Shown in pieces: positions 34,804-47,071 of a stretch of DNA of 64,000 bases. The notes beneath the pieces were generated by a model, which had not been told where the DNA came from, made no database searches, and saw nothing but the letters and a program-made list of their open reading frames with translations. The position numbers and the translations under genes are program-made. The stretch covers positions 320,001 through 384,000 of the forward strand of contig CAWEQH010000001.1 in the NCBI GenBank assembly GCA_963811165.1, given 5' to 3'. The first letter of the stretch is position 1. Every line of letters begins with the position of its first letter. Source of the stretch: an uncultured Nitrospiraceae bacterium (GTDB lineage: Bacteria > Nitrospirota > Thermodesulfovibrionia > Thermodesulfovibrionales > UBA6898).

Positions 34804-35763
34804 ATGAAAAGGTTGACAATATAAATGGCAAGAACCGCAAAAAGAATCCAGTTGATATGATCTTTTCATTTATCACTGCCGTAGCTTCCTTTTCGGTCTT
34901 ATATTTATTATCGGAATCCTTTATGTGCTTATATCAGAGTCTTCCCTGGCGATCGGCAAATTCGGGATTATCAAATTCCTTACTTCAACGGACTGGGACC
35001 CGGTAACAGAATCTTTCGGCGCCCTGACAAATATTTACGGAACAGTAGTCACGACTATTCTTTCCCTTATTATCGCGATCCCTGTTGCGATCGGCATTGC
35101 GATATTTGTCACCGAAATATCCCCGAATTTTCTGAAAGGACCGATCGGGGTGGCTATAGAACTTCTTGCAGCAATACCGAGCATCATCTACGGCATGTGG
35201 GGACTTTTCACCCTTTCGCCGATAATGAGCAATCATATAGAGCCATTTCTGAAGAAGATCTTCGCGGGCGTGCCCTTTATAGGGATACTTTTCCAGGGCA
35301 CGCCTATGGGGATCGATATCCTGACTGCAAGCATAATCTTGAGCATCATGATCATTCCCTTTACCGCCAGCATATCAAGGGATTCCTTTAATCTCACACC
35401 GGCGGTGGTGAAGGAATCCGCCTATGCCCTCGGCGCCACAAAATGGGAAGTTGTAAAGAATGTCGTTCTACCGTATTCAAAGCTTGGGTATTCGGGGGGA
35501 TAGTCCTCTCCCTTGGCAGGGCGCTTGGCGAGACCATGGCGGTAGCCTTTGTCCTTGGAAACAACCACAGGATAACAACATCTCTCTTTGACGCGGCCGC
35601 GACTATTACTGTTACCCTTGCCAATGAGTTTGCCGAGGCGGACAATGACATTTATCTGTCGTCCCTTTTTTATCTTGCGCTGGTGCTCTTTGTAATGAGT
35701 TTCATCACCCTTGCCATAGCGAAATTCTTTCTCCTGAAGGCAGAGAGGAAGTATTCACGATGA
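34804..35763 (+). CDS. pstC: Phosphate ABC transporter permease, frameshifted in this assembly
   Basis: ELLAAIPSIIYGMWG, ESAYALGATKWEV, GRALGETMAV split over frames. Confidence 0.85.
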
Positions 35764-36603
35764 CAAGAGAACAATGGAGAAAAACTGAAGGGGTCATCGC
35801 CCTCTTGCTGAGCACTCTGGCGGCATTTCTGGGTCTCTTCTGGCTCGTATTTATTCTCGGAGACGTGCTTGTCCACGGGATAAAGGCGCTGAATCTGGGC
35901 TCTGTTCATGAATGACCCTGCGCCGCCCGGTGTTGAAGGAGGCGGACTGAGAAACGCCTTTGTCGGGCAACTGCTGATAACCTTCTGCGCAACATTGATA
36001 GGGGTGCCTGTCGGCGTGCTCGGAGGCACGTTTCTTGCCGAATATGCGCGGGGCAGAAAGATCGCAAGGATTATCAGCGTACTGGCCGACATCATGGTCA
36101 GCGTCCCTTCCATCGTCATAGGCACCTTTATCTATGCTATACTGGTCAAACCTGTCGGCCACTTTAACGGCTGGGCCGGGGCTGTTGCGCTTTCGATAAT
36201 CATGATCCCTGTTGTCCTCAGGACAACCGAAGACATGCTTTCACTTGTGCCGTGGACATTAAGGGAGGCCGCATTTGCCCTCGGCGCTCCCTATTACAAA
36301 GTGATTACCCAGGTGGTTTATCGCGGGGCGGCAACAGGAATACTGACGGGCATTTTGCTTTCTATCGCGAGGGTGGCAGGGGAGACCGCGCCGCTGTTTG
36401 TTTACCTCATTTAATAATTCATTTTTCTCACTCAATATGAAACAGCCTATTGCTTCCCTTACTGTAACCATATTTCAATATGCCATGGGGCCTTATGATA
36501 ACTGGCATGCCCAGGCATGGGCCGCGGCATTTGTGATTACGATATTCATTCTGCATTCTTACAATTACAGGAAGCGTTTAATCATAAAATGGAGGTACAA
36601 ATA

Positions 36604-36604
<1 letters not shown>
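35760..36604 (+). CDS. pstA: Phosphate ABC transporter permease, frameshifted in this assembly
   Basis: FLAEY, SVPSIVIG, LREAAFALGA, ARVAGETAPL, ASLTVTIFQYA split over frames. Confidence 0.85.
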
Positions 36605-37371
<767 letters not shown>

Positions 37372-37372
<1 letters not shown>

Positions 37373-38042
37373 TGAGTGTTTTTGATGAGGAATTACAGCA
37401 CCTGAAAGAAAAGATCCTTAAAATGGGGTCCCTTGTCGAGGACGCGATAAAACATTCCGTGCAGGCCCTTGTGGAAAGGGACAATGAACTTGCGCAGAAA
37501 AGTCATCGATAATGACCGGCTCATAAATACGCTCGATGTCGAGATAGATGAAGAATCAATCCGGCTGATCGCCTTAAGGCAGCCGATGGCGGGCGATCTG
37601 AGGTTTATCACCACAGCCATGAAGATAACGACTGATCTCGAAAGGATGGGAGACCTGGCGGTAAATATTGCGGAAAGGGCGATTGAACTCAACGAAGAAC
37701 CGATACTTAAGCCCTATATCGACATCCCAAGAATGAGGGAGATTGCCCAGGGGATGACAAGGGACGCGCTCGACGCCTTCGTGAGAAAGGACAAGACAAC
37801 TCGCCATGGATGTGATCATGCGGGATGATGAGGTCGACGATCTCAAACATTCCGTATTACAGGAACTCGCCTTCTTCATGGTCCAGGACCCGACGACGGT
37901 AACCCGGGCGATGAAGATCAGTTTTGTGGCCACATATCTTGAACGTATTGCCGATCATGCGACGAATATCGCCGAGATGGTCATATACCTTGTTGAGGGG
38001 AAGATAATCAGACATATGGACCTGCCCCCCGAAAAAGGGTAA
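37372..38042 (+). CDS. phoU: Phosphate signalling protein PhoU, frameshifted in this assembly
   Basis: QPMAGDLR, DLERMGDLAVNIA, YLERIADHATNIAE split over frames. Confidence 0.85.
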
Positions 38043-38207
38043 AGGATACTGTCCCGGGCCTTTTGGTCTGAAACGTGTCGCTCCCCGACTCTCTGTATTC
38101 TCCCAACCCCTGTCCATATTTAGCGTTTTTGGGATATAATACATTCTTTCTGGGGCTTTATAAAAGGCCATGTAAAAACAGTGGCTTGACGGAAAGGGGC
38201 GGCTGAA

Positions 38208-39401
38208 ATTAAGAAATTACCTGACAAAAGAGGCTACTTTGGAGCGTACGGCGGACGTTTTGCGCCCGAGACGCTCATCCCCGCACTCGATGAACTGGAG
38301 CATGCCTATCACAAGTTCAAAAAAGACAAGGAGTCCCGCCTGGAGCTTTCTTATCTCATGAAGAATTATGTCGGCAGGCCGACGCCGCTCTATTTTGCCA
38401 AGAGGCTGACGGAGTCCCTGGGCGGGGCGAAGGTCTATCTCAAACGCGAAGACCTTGCGCATACCGGAGCACATAAGATAAATAACGCCCTCGGGCAGGC
38501 ACTCCTCGCAAAAAAAATGGGGAAAAAGAGGCTGATCGCCGAGACCGGCGCCGGCCAGCATGGCGTTGCGACCGCCACGGGGGCTGCCCTCTGCGGTCTC
38601 GAGTGCGAAATCTATATGGGGTCGGACGATATCGCGAGGCAGTCTCTGAATGTCTTTAGGATGAAGCTGCTCGGTGCCGAAGTGGCTGAGGTCTCGATCG
38701 GGTCAAAAACATTGAAAGACGCGATCAACGAGGCGATGCGCGACTGGACAACGAACGTAGCGACTACGCATTATGTCCTGGGCACTGTGTTCGGCCCTCA
38801 CCCTTTCCCGGCGATAGTGAGGGACTTCCAGTCCGTGATCGGCAGGGAGGCAAGAAAACAGATCATCGCTGAAGAGGGGAGGATGCCGGATTATCTGATA
38901 GCATGTATCGGGGGAGGGAGTAACGCGATGGGGCTTTTCCACCATTTTATCGGAGACAGGAACGTCAAGATGATTGGAGTAGAGGCCGGAGGAAGAGGCA
39001 TTGTCCCCGGTGAGCACGCTGCACGGTTCGCAGGCGGATCCGTAGGCGTTCTGCAGGGAACCAAGAGTTTCCTTCTTCAGGACGACGACGGCAATATCTT
39101 AGGCACCCATTCTGTTTCGGCAGGCCTTGACTATGCGGCTGTAGGGCCGGAACATGCTTTTCTCAGGGACTCGGAAAGGGCCAGTTATACCTATGCCACC
39201 GACGAAGAAGCGCTCAGCGCCTTTGAGCATCTCTCAAGGACGGAGGGCATTATTCCGGCACTGGAGTCTTCCCATGCCCTTGCCGAGGCGATCAAGCTGG
39301 CCCCAAGGCTTTCGAAAGACAAGGTGATCATCGTCAATCTCTCGGGCCGCGGCGACAAGGACGTGCAGCATGTCGCACGGATAAAAGGGATAGAGCTGTG
39401 A
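38208..39401 (+). CDS. trpB: Tryptophan synthase beta chain
   Basis: [15 protein letters not shown] in frame upstream of the ORF-track start; [33 protein letters not shown]; true start codon unclear. Confidence 0.95.
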   Translation: MKKLPDKRGYFGAYGGRFAPETLIPALDELEHAYHKFKKDKESRLELSYLMKNYVGRPTPLYFAKRLTESLGGAKVYLKREDLAHTGAHKINNALGQALLAKKMGKKRLIAETGAGQHGVATATGAALCGLECEIYMGSDDIARQSLNVFRMKLLGAEVAEVSIGSKTLKDAINEAMRDWTTNVATTHYVLGTVFGPHPFPAIVRDFQSVIGREARKQIIAEEGRMPDYLIACIGGGSNAMGLFHHFIGDRNVKMIGVEAGGRGIVPGEHAARFAGGSVGVLQGTKSFLLQDDDGNILGTHSVSAGLDYAAVGPEHAFLRDSERASYTYATDEEALSAFEHLSRTEGIIPALESSHALAEAIKLAPRLSKDKVIIVNLSGRGDKDVQHVARIKGIEL

Positions 39402-40177
39402 TGTCCCGGATAGAGAAGAAATTCAAAGAGGTGCTCGGACGAAAGGGAAAGGCCTTTATTCCGTATGTGATGGCGGGAGACCCCAATCTTGAAAGGACGA
39501 AAGAACTGGTGGGGATACTTGAGGAATGCGGGGCGGACATCATCGAGCTAGGCGTACCTTTTTCCGACCCTCTGGCAGACGGCCCGACGATACAGAAGGC
39601 GGCCCAGCGGGCGCTCAGGGAAGGGGTCACGCTGAAGAAGGTGATCGAGTTCGTCGGCGATGTAAGAAAGACCACCCAGATCCCGATCGTATTGATGACC
39701 TACTATAACCTTATATATAAATACGGCGAAGAAAAGTTTGTTCGGGATGCCTCAGGCGCCGGCGTGGACGGAATAATAGTCCCTGATCTGCCGCCGGACG
39801 AAGCGGACAGGCTGCTCTTTTTTTCGAAAAAAACCGGTTTTGACGTTATCTTCCTCGTTGCTCCCACTTCCACCGGCGAAAGGATTAAGAAAGTGGCGAG
39901 GTCCTCCAGGGGCTTTATATACTATGTCTCTATTACTGGGATAACTGGTTCAAAGCTTTCGGTGGACCCTTCCATCGGCTCTCATGTCGCAAAGATACGG
40001 GAGACGGGCAGGAAACCTGTTGCGGTAGGGTTCGGTATTTCAACTCCCGGGGAGGCCGCGGAGATCGCCCGAATCGCAGACGGCGTGATAGTGGGCAGCT
40101 CGATCGTGAAACGGGTGGAAGATACCGATGAAAATCTGAAGAAATATCTTATTGCCTTGAGAAACGCGATCAAATGA
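39398..40177 (+). CDS. trpA: Tryptophan synthase alpha chain
   Basis: [37 protein letters not shown]. Confidence 0.95.
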   Translation: MMSRIEKKFKEVLGRKGKAFIPYVMAGDPNLERTKELVGILEECGADIIELGVPFSDPLADGPTIQKAAQRALREGVTLKKVIEFVGDVRKTTQIPIVLMTYYNLIYKYGEEKFVRDASGAGVDGIIVPDLPPDEADRLLFFSKKTGFDVIFLVAPTSTGERIKKVARSSRGFIYYVSITGITGSKLSVDPSIGSHVAKIRETGRKPVAVGFGISTPGEAAEIARIADGVIVGSSIVKRVEDTDENLKKYLIALRNAIK

Positions 40178-40281
40178 GCCAAGACCTGGAAAAAAAGTAC
40201 CGGCAGCTTAACGCCCCTATGGAACTTTCGGCCCTACGCATGGCGCGCATATGAGTCTGCAAGAAGTGAGAAGGTGGATAT

Positions 40282-41115
40282 ATGGCCTGGTTTAAGAAGA
40301 GCAAAGAGATCAAGACCGATAAGAAAGTAAAGATCCCCGAGGGACTTTGGGTAAAGTGCGAGAGCTGCCGCGAGATCATCTATAAGAAGGAGATAGACAA
40401 GAACCTAAGGATATGCCCGAAGTGCAACTATCATTTCAGGATCAGCGCCAGGGAACGTCTCAAACTCCTTGTGGATGAAGGGAGTTTCGTTGAGATGGAC
40501 GCCGGTCTGTCTTCCAAGGACCCTCTGAATTTCAAGGACAAGGTCTTATACAAGGAAAAGCTTGAAGAAAACAGGAGGAAGACCGGCCTTGAAGATGCCG
40601 CAATTTCAGGAGAGGCCACGGTAGAGGGACATCCTGCCATCCTGGTAATTATGGATTTCTCCTTCATAGGCGGGAGTATGGGGTCCGTTGTCGGAGAGAA
40701 GATCGTAAGGGCCGCAGAAGCCGCTACTGAGACGGGCAGGCCCCTTATTACGGTGGCCTCCTCAGGCGGGGCGAGGATGCAGGAGGGGATATTTTCCCTT
40801 ATGCAGATGGCGCGGGTGTCTGCTGCCGTGGGCAGATTAAAGGACAACGGACTGCTCTACATCTCGATCCTGGCCGACCCGACGTTCGGAGGGGTCACGG
40901 CCAGTTTTGCGATGCTTGGGGACGTGATATTTGCCGAGCCGAAGAGCCTTATCGGGTTTGCCGGAAGAGGCGTTATCGAGCAGACAATCAAGCAGCAGCT
41001 CCCCGAAGATTTTCAGCGGGCCGAGTTTCTTCTTGAGCATGGGTTTATAGACAAGATCGTCGACAGGAAAGATATCAGAAAGACCGTTGCAAAGATCATA
41101 GAATTGCTTGTATGA
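40282..41115 (+). CDS. accD: Acetyl-CoA carboxylase carboxyltransferase beta subunit
   Basis: LWVKCESC...CPKC zinc finger, GGSMGSVVGEK, SGGARMQEG. Confidence 0.95.
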   Translation: MAWFKKSKEIKTDKKVKIPEGLWVKCESCREIIYKKEIDKNLRICPKCNYHFRISARERLKLLVDEGSFVEMDAGLSSKDPLNFKDKVLYKEKLEENRRKTGLEDAAISGEATVEGHPAILVIMDFSFIGGSMGSVVGEKIVRAAEAATETGRPLITVASSGGARMQEGIFSLMQMARVSAAVGRLKDNGLLYISILADPTFGGVTASFAMLGDVIFAEPKSLIGFAGRGVIEQTIKQQLPEDFQRAEFLLEHGFIDKIVDRKDIRKTVAKIIELLV

Positions 41116-42419
41116 GCTATCCACGCACGATCGAATATCTTTACGGTCTTCAAAAGTTCGGCATGAAATTCGGCCTCGATAATATCCGGAAACTCATGTC
41201 CGCTCTTCATGATCCCCAGGACTCTTTCCGGTCTGTCCACGTGGCAGGGACCAATGGAAAGGGTTCCACCTCGGCGATGATCGCATCTATCCTAAGGACG
41301 GCGGGCGTGAAGACCGGCCTTTTTTCTTCTCCTCACCTCATCAGTTTTACGGAGCGGATAAGGATAAACGGCGAGGAAATTACCGAACGGGACGTCATAA
41401 CCCTCGCTGAGGAAGTGAGGGCCGTAGCGGAGGAGATCGGGGATTTTTCTCCCACTTTTTTCGAGGTCGTCACTGCGATGGCCTTCCTGCATTTTAGGAA
41501 TGCGGGCGTCGAGTGGGCGGTGATAGAGACAGGATTGGGCGGCAGGCTCGACGCGACCAACGTGGTCGTCCCCGATGTCACGGTCATTACGAGGATCGGT
41601 ATCGATCACTGCGAGTTTCTCGGTAAGACGTTAAGAGAGATCGCGTCGGAAAAGGCGGGCGTCATAAAGGCCGGAATCCCCGTGGTGTCGGCCCCTCAGG
41701 AGACTGAGGCGATGGAGGTCATCGGGAGGAAGGCGGCCGAGAGGGGCTCGCAGCTGCTTACGTATGGAGAATCATTTAAGTCGGAGTTGATATCGGAATC
41801 TCTCCGGGGGATATCGTTTCATTATGCCGGCCAGGGCCGAAGTCAAGACCTTTCAGTCTCTTTGGCCGGCAGACATCAGATGACCAATGCGTCGGTGGCG
41901 GTAAAAACGGCTGAGATACTCATGAGAAAATACCCGGGAATGAGGTGTGACATAGGAAAGGGACTTTCTTCGGTGCAGTGGCCAGGCAGGCTTCAGATGG
42001 TGAATGACGACCCTCCAGTCCTCATCGACGGCGCCCATAATCCCCAGGCCGCCTCGGCCCTCTCTGTGTACCTTAAGGAGGTCGCGCTTTCAAGGTATAA
42101 GAGGATCATACTGGTGGTCGGCGCGATGGGCGACAAGGATGTCGGGGGCATACTCGATCCGCTTCTGCCGATTGCATCTGAGATCATTTTTACGGCGCCC
42201 GCGTACGGCAGGTCGGCCCCACCGGAGCGGCTTGCTGCAGATGCGGCCGCCAAAGGATATTCCTCGGTCGTTGTCCCGGGCGTGGCTGAGGCCGTAAAAA
42301 AGGCCGAAGAGATGAGCCTTCCCGGGGACCTTGTCGTTATTACCGGCTCTTTCTACACCCTTGGCGAGGCAATAGAGTCTTTCGGAAATAAAGGTGTGCT
42401 TACGAGGCTCAGGGAATAA
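41112..42419 (+). CDS. folC: Folylpolyglutamate/dihydrofolate synthase
   Basis: HVAGTNGKGS, ETGLGGRLDATN, WPGRL, DGAHNP. Confidence 0.95.
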   Translation: MSYPRTIEYLYGLQKFGMKFGLDNIRKLMSALHDPQDSFRSVHVAGTNGKGSTSAMIASILRTAGVKTGLFSSPHLISFTERIRINGEEITERDVITLAEEVRAVAEEIGDFSPTFFEVVTAMAFLHFRNAGVEWAVIETGLGGRLDATNVVVPDVTVITRIGIDHCEFLGKTLREIASEKAGVIKAGIPVVSAPQETEAMEVIGRKAAERGSQLLTYGESFKSELISESLRGISFHYAGQGRSQDLSVSLAGRHQMTNASVAVKTAEILMRKYPGMRCDIGKGLSSVQWPGRLQMVNDDPPVLIDGAHNPQAASALSVYLKEVALSRYKRIILVVGAMGDKDVGGILDPLLPIASEIIFTAPAYGRSAPPERLAADAAAKGYSSVVVPGVAEAVKKAEEMSLPGDLVVITGSFYTLGEAIESFGNKGVLTRLRE

Positions 42420-42473
42420 AAAAAGGCAGTAAATAGTTGGAAGTGAAAAGTGAAAGGATAATTACCGGAACAC

Positions 42474-44468
42474 GTGAAAAACATGGGGCATCGAATTACC
42501 TTCTCTTCTTTATATTTTGTTTTATTATTGCTTGCTATTTATTTTTCACTTTTTACTTTCGTCTGTTTTGCCGGGGATGCCGATACCACCATCATCACTT
42601 CGGATAAGCTTGAATATTTCGGTGAAACGAAAACGTATATCGCCACCGGGGCGGCGACGGTCGAAAAAGGCGCCGCTGTCTTAAAATCCGACGAAATAAC
42701 TTTCCATGAGGACACCTCTGAGGCGCTGGCCGTCGGTGCGGTCAGTTACGACGACCCGGAGACCTCGATAAAGGCGGCCAGGGCCGGGATGAATCTCGAT
42801 GCAAAAACAGGGACACTCTTTGACGCGGAGGTATTCTATAAGAAATACAATTATCATATCTCGGGAAAAGAGATAGAGAAGAGGGCCGAGGATTACTACT
42901 ATAGTCCTGACGCCACGTTTACTACGTGCGACGCGCCTGTGCCTGCCTGGTGTTTCAAGGGCAAGGACGTGAACGCCGTGGTGGAAAAGAAATTGATCGC
43001 AAAAGATGCGACCTTCCGGATCAAGGACCTCCCTGTTTTATATACGCCCTATTTGTATGCGCCTCTTTTGAAAGACCGGCAGACCGGTTTTTTGATCCCC
43101 CTCGTTTCAAACAGCAGTTCGCGCGGGGCGTCGCTCACCCTCCCGTTTTATTGGGCGATTTCTGAAAACAGGGACGCCACGTTTGTGCTCGATGCGTACA
43201 GCAAGCGTGGCATAGGTACCGGGCTCGAATACCGTTTCGTCGAACCGGGAGGAGCAAACGGCAACTGGTGGACCTATAACATAAAGGATACCCTACTTGA
43301 GAAGGATTTCTTTGAGGTCAGAGGCCTCTACGAAAACCGCAGGCCGGAAAGTCTCGGAGGGTATCTCAATGTCAATTACGTAAACGATAAGGATTTTTAT
43401 CAGCAGTTCAGTACCCGCCGGGACATTCGTACGCTCCGGTATCTCGAATCCACCGGTGAGGTGAATCTGCCCATGAACGATTCGAGGCTTTATCTTCTTT
43501 CTCAATATTGGAAGGACTTGCTAAACGATACCTCTTCCGTCCCCCAGAAACTTCCGGAGGCCGGATACGTCCTGAATTACACCCCGCTTGGCGACGTTAT
43601 GTTTTCTGCGGCCGCTAACGCAGCCAACCTCTGGAGGGAAAACGGGACATCGGCGGAGAGGATCGATCTGTATCCCCGGGTCCTTCATTCCATTGGGAAA
43701 GACGTGGTCTTGACCCAGGCGGTTGCGCTCAGGGAGACCGCATATTCCTTTTACAACGACCAGGATGCGGACAACTTCAAACAAAGAGGGGCCTACGAAT
43801 ACGATGCGATCTTGCATACGAGGCTCTATAAGACATATTCATCATTTACTCATGTAATCGAGCCTTCGGTGCGGTATCACTTTATCTACAGTTCAAGCAA
43901 CGATCTTCCCCTTTTGGATTCCACCGAGCTTTTCGGGAAGACCTCGGACATAGAGTTGAGCGTGTTAAACAGGGCCATGGCCAAAGGCACGGAGTTGTTT
44001 GCGGTACGGCTCACCCAGCCGATCGATACCTATAATGGAAGACCCTTTCAGCCCCTGAGACTGGAAGTCGCTGTCAAATCCCCGGTTGCTCTTACAATGG
44101 AAGCATCCTATGACATGTACTCGGGCAGTCTCGATACCGTGACCTCTCTCATCACCTTCCAGGCGTTTAAGACGAACTTTACCTTAGGCGAAAGGTATAA
44201 CAGAAAGGACGATATTATGATGTATACCGGCTACGTCGGCTTCAACCCGCTTAAGACCCTGCAGATATCCGGACAGATCTGGTATGACGCAAAAGGTCCG
44301 GGACTCCAGGACCTTGTCCTAGACGTAAAATATCAAAAACAGTGCTGGGGGGTGCGATTTGAGGCGGTGAAAAGCCCGGGTGATTTCACGATGAAGGTCC
44401 TCTTCGACATTACGGGAATTTCTTCGAAGTCTCAGATGAAGGTCCGGGAGTATTCACCTACGCTCTGA
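42474..44468 (+). CDS. lptD: LPS-assembly outer membrane protein
   Basis: Signal peptide, FTTCD...W, DRQTGFLIP, beta-rich C-terminus with QCW. Confidence 0.85.
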   Translation: MKNMGHRITFSSLYFVLLLLAIYFSLFTFVCFAGDADTTIITSDKLEYFGETKTYIATGAATVEKGAAVLKSDEITFHEDTSEALAVGAVSYDDPETSIKAARAGMNLDAKTGTLFDAEVFYKKYNYHISGKEIEKRAEDYYYSPDATFTTCDAPVPAWCFKGKDVNAVVEKKLIAKDATFRIKDLPVLYTPYLYAPLLKDRQTGFLIPLVSNSSSRGASLTLPFYWAISENRDATFVLDAYSKRGIGTGLEYRFVEPGGANGNWWTYNIKDTLLEKDFFEVRGLYENRRPESLGGYLNVNYVNDKDFYQQFSTRRDIRTLRYLESTGEVNLPMNDSRLYLLSQYWKDLLNDTSSVPQKLPEAGYVLNYTPLGDVMFSAAANAANLWRENGTSAERIDLYPRVLHSIGKDVVLTQAVALRETAYSFYNDQDADNFKQRGAYEYDAILHTRLYKTYSSFTHVIEPSVRYHFIYSSSNDLPLLDSTELFGKTSDIELSVLNRAMAKGTELFAVRLTQPIDTYNGRPFQPLRLEVAVKSPVALTMEASYDMYSGSLDTVTSLITFQAFKTNFTLGERYNRKDDIMMYTGYVGFNPLKTLQISGQIWYDAKGPGLQDLVLDVKYQKQCWGVRFEAVKSPGDFTMKVLFDITGISSKSQMKVREYSPTL

Positions 44469-44524
44469 CCCGGAGTTGTCGCTCTTCTTATTCGCGCGTG
44501 GCCAAAAAAATTGTATAATAAGTC

Positions 44525-44731
44525 ATGAAGAGTGCGTATCTCGATAAGCATTATTCCGAGACAACGGGCAAGCTTCATATCCCCTGCCCGCACAGAAACA
44601 CAACGGGTATCGAAGTACATGTGGTAATAAAAGACGGGTACTGCTACCGTTCGTGTGATTGCATGGTCATAAAGTGCAAATTCAACCGCATGCAGTCAGA
44701 TATAGGCTGTCTTCTCTCGCTTACCTGGTAA
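44525..44731 (+). CDS. Small Cys-rich hypothetical protein
   Basis: 68-aa ORF with CPH, CYRSCDC, CKF; TATAAT just upstream of the ATG. Confidence 0.5.
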   Translation: MKSAYLDKHYSETTGKLHIPCPHRNTTGIEVHVVIKDGYCYRSCDCMVIKCKFNRMQSDIGCLLSLTW

Positions 44732-44744
44732 AATTTTTCTCTCT

Positions 44745-45191
44745 GGGGCTTCGCCCCATACCCCAGTTACCTTTCTTGCTCGCTCCAAGAAAGCTAACGT
44801 AAAGAACGGCGCCCCGACGAAAATTTTTCACGGCTTGCTTGGTCGGCCTCGGTAGATTTTAGGAACTCGCCTGCGGCTCAGACAGCCTAAAATCTTTCAC
44901 CCTCGGCCTCAGTCGCAAACCTAAATTTTCGAAGGGGATTAAACGACTTAAAGACATCTTCAAAAGATATTTGTGTTATGTATTAGTGGGGCCCCTTTGG
45001 AAAATCCCGGTTTGCGATCGAGGGCCGGCGTAAGAAATTTTAGACTGTCTGAGTCCCGCTTCGGGGCGAGTTTCTAAAATTTAGCCGGACCGACAGAGCA
45101 AAGCGAAAGGGATTTTCCGTGGGGTGCGTGCTTTTGGGCACTTTTCATTGGCATTAATGAAAAGCGCCCGGGGTATAAGGGGCAGAGCCCC
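44745..45191. repeat. Inverted pair of diverged ~200-nt structured repeats (REP/MITE-like)
   Basis: 44745-44940 aligns to the reverse complement of 44988-45191 (GGGGCT..GCCCC, ATTTTAG.AACTCGCC...CTCAGACAG.CTAAAAT, TCGCAAAC, AAGGGG). Confidence 0.75.
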
Positions 45192-45612
45192 TTTTTCCCC
45201 GCCCGGAGTGCCTGCCTGCCGGTAGGCAGAAAACTCCGCATCTGTTGATTTAGACTTTTTAAATTTCCAAATAAGAGATAACAGAGACGGGGCTTTGCCC
45301 CGCACCCTCTTTCACGCTTGTCTTATTGGAAATGCCGGATCTCAAAAAAGAGAAGGGGATTTTCAGTCAATCGATATTGCCGCAGCGGTGGAGGGCTTGC
45401 CCGCCAGTCCGTTTGGAGGGCTGCAATAAAGGGCGGTAGCCTGCCCGCCGTCGGTCCGGAGGGCTGCCGAGATTCAGCCGCGGCGTTAGGGGAAGGTATT
45501 CGCTCAGAAGTCACTGATTGTAGACGATATTTCCGTCCACAGAATCCCCGTGACTGCAATATTAATATCACAGTCACTATAATATTAATATTCAAGGTTC
45601 GGTATATTACAG

Positions 45613-46428
45613 ATAGCTTCACCAAGCGATGTTGCTTCTGAAAGAAATATAATTCGCGAAGTGTTATCGGAGTGGAACATTGTCAACGCTGATACCAGAA
45701 AAATGGTATTGCTGCCGGTCGGATGGGAGACCCATACTTCGCCAGCAATGGGCGACCGGCCACAAGCAATAATAAACAAGCAAATCTTGAAAGACTGTGA
45801 TCTTCTCGTTGGCGTCTTTTGGACGCGCATTGGCACGTCAACCGGCGACTATGTTAGCGGAACGGTTGAGGAAATTGAGGAACACATCAAAGCTGGCAAA
45901 CCTGTGATGTTATACTTTTCGGGTGCACCTGTTCATCAAGATAGCGTAGATACTGATCAATATACAGAACTTAAAAAGTTTAGGGAGTCATGTAAATCAC
46001 GTGGGGTATTTGAAACGTATACCGATTTAAACGACTTTAAGTCGAAATTTTATAGACAACTTCAGCTTAAGGTAAATCAAGATTCCTATTTTATAAAAGA
46101 AAAGCAAGCCGCCGCTGTTGTTAGAAACATCAGCGAAACAGTCCTTCCAGATATACCGTCATTATCCCGCGAAGCTCAGACACTACTAAAAGAAGCAAGT
46201 CAGGACGCCAACGGTATGATTCTTTGTCTCCATACACTTGGCGGCTTTCATATACAAACAAATGGAAAAGACTTCGTGGGTGACAACAATCCTCGTAACC
46301 GTGCCATTTGGGAAGGAGCACTCGGCGAACTTGAGCGTCACGCATTAGTAAGTGACGCTGGGCATAAAAGAGAAGTCTTCCAGCTGACGCGACGGGGCTG
46401 CGAAATTGCGGAAATTATTAACCCATAA
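45613..46428 (+). pseudogene. DUF4062-like protein lacking its start (5'-truncated cassette gene)
   Basis: IASPSDVASERNII in frame upstream of GTG 45661 with no start codon after stop 45586; CDLLVGVFWTRIGT, SGTVEEIE. Confidence 0.65.
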
Positions 46429-46431
46429 GCA

Positions 46432-46524
46432 GCCCAACAGAACTTTCCAGCCGACCGGTGCTAACTCTGGTTTGGTTTTCACTCTTAGCGTGCTTGCCCC
46501 GGCGGCTGAAAGACCTCGTTATAA
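46432..46524 (+). mobile_element. attC-like integron cassette recombination site
   Basis: GCCCAAC (RYYYAAC) just after the stop, TTCCAGCCGACCGG...CCGGCGGCTGAAA arms, terminal CGTTATAA. Confidence 0.65.
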
Positions 46525-46583
46525 CCAAAATTAAAGATATAAAGAAACTTGACAAATGATGTCATACATTGTAAACATATACC

Positions 46584-46853
46584 ATGGTCGTTTATGAAGC
46601 GAATGTCAGGAAGGCAGTAATTAAAGGCTCTTTACCAAGAGATATTTTCGAACGATTCAATAATGTCTTTATCTCACTTGATACAACGCATGATCTCGGC
46701 CTATTTGACGTCAAAAAGCTGAAGTCGGCTGGAAAAAGAACGTATTATCGAGTCAGAAAGGGAAAATACAGAGCTATTTTTTACATCGAAGAAAGTAATT
46801 TTTTTGTTATTTCGATTGCAAAGAGAGAGGAGGCATACGATAAATGGGAGTGA
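46584..46853 (+). CDS. RelE/ParE-family toxin
   Basis: DVKKLK...YYRVRKGKYRAIF...IAKREEAY. Confidence 0.8.
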   Translation: MVVYEANVRKAVIKGSLPRDIFERFNNVFISLDTTHDLGLFDVKKLKSAGKRTYYRVRKGKYRAIFYIEESNFFVISIAKREEAYDKWE

Positions 46854-47059
46854 TATCGATTAGATTAAATAAAGACGAAGAAAAGATACTGAAGAAATTA
46901 TCCGAGCATTTTCATGAGGATAAATCGGCGCTGGTCAAAAAATCATTGTTAGATCTATATGAAAACGTCATGGATTTGGATGAGATAAAGAAATTTGAAG
47001 CTAAGGAGCGTAAAGGAAAGTCGTCCTTTTTTTCAGCAGAAGATATTCTGAAAAAATAA
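46844..47059 (+). CDS. Ribbon-helix-helix antitoxin (DUF6290-like)
   Basis: VISIRLNKDEEKIL...KSALVKKSL; overlaps the toxin stop. Confidence 0.75.
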   Translation: MGVISIRLNKDEEKILKKLSEHFHEDKSALVKKSLLDLYENVMDLDEIKKFEAKERKGKSSFFSAEDILKK

Positions 47060-47071
47060 TCAATCACGTTA

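Noticed and set aside
44525..44731. Another member of the four-Cys microprotein family
   Set aside because: Has CPH but a different Cys spacing, lies outside the island and has no Pho box
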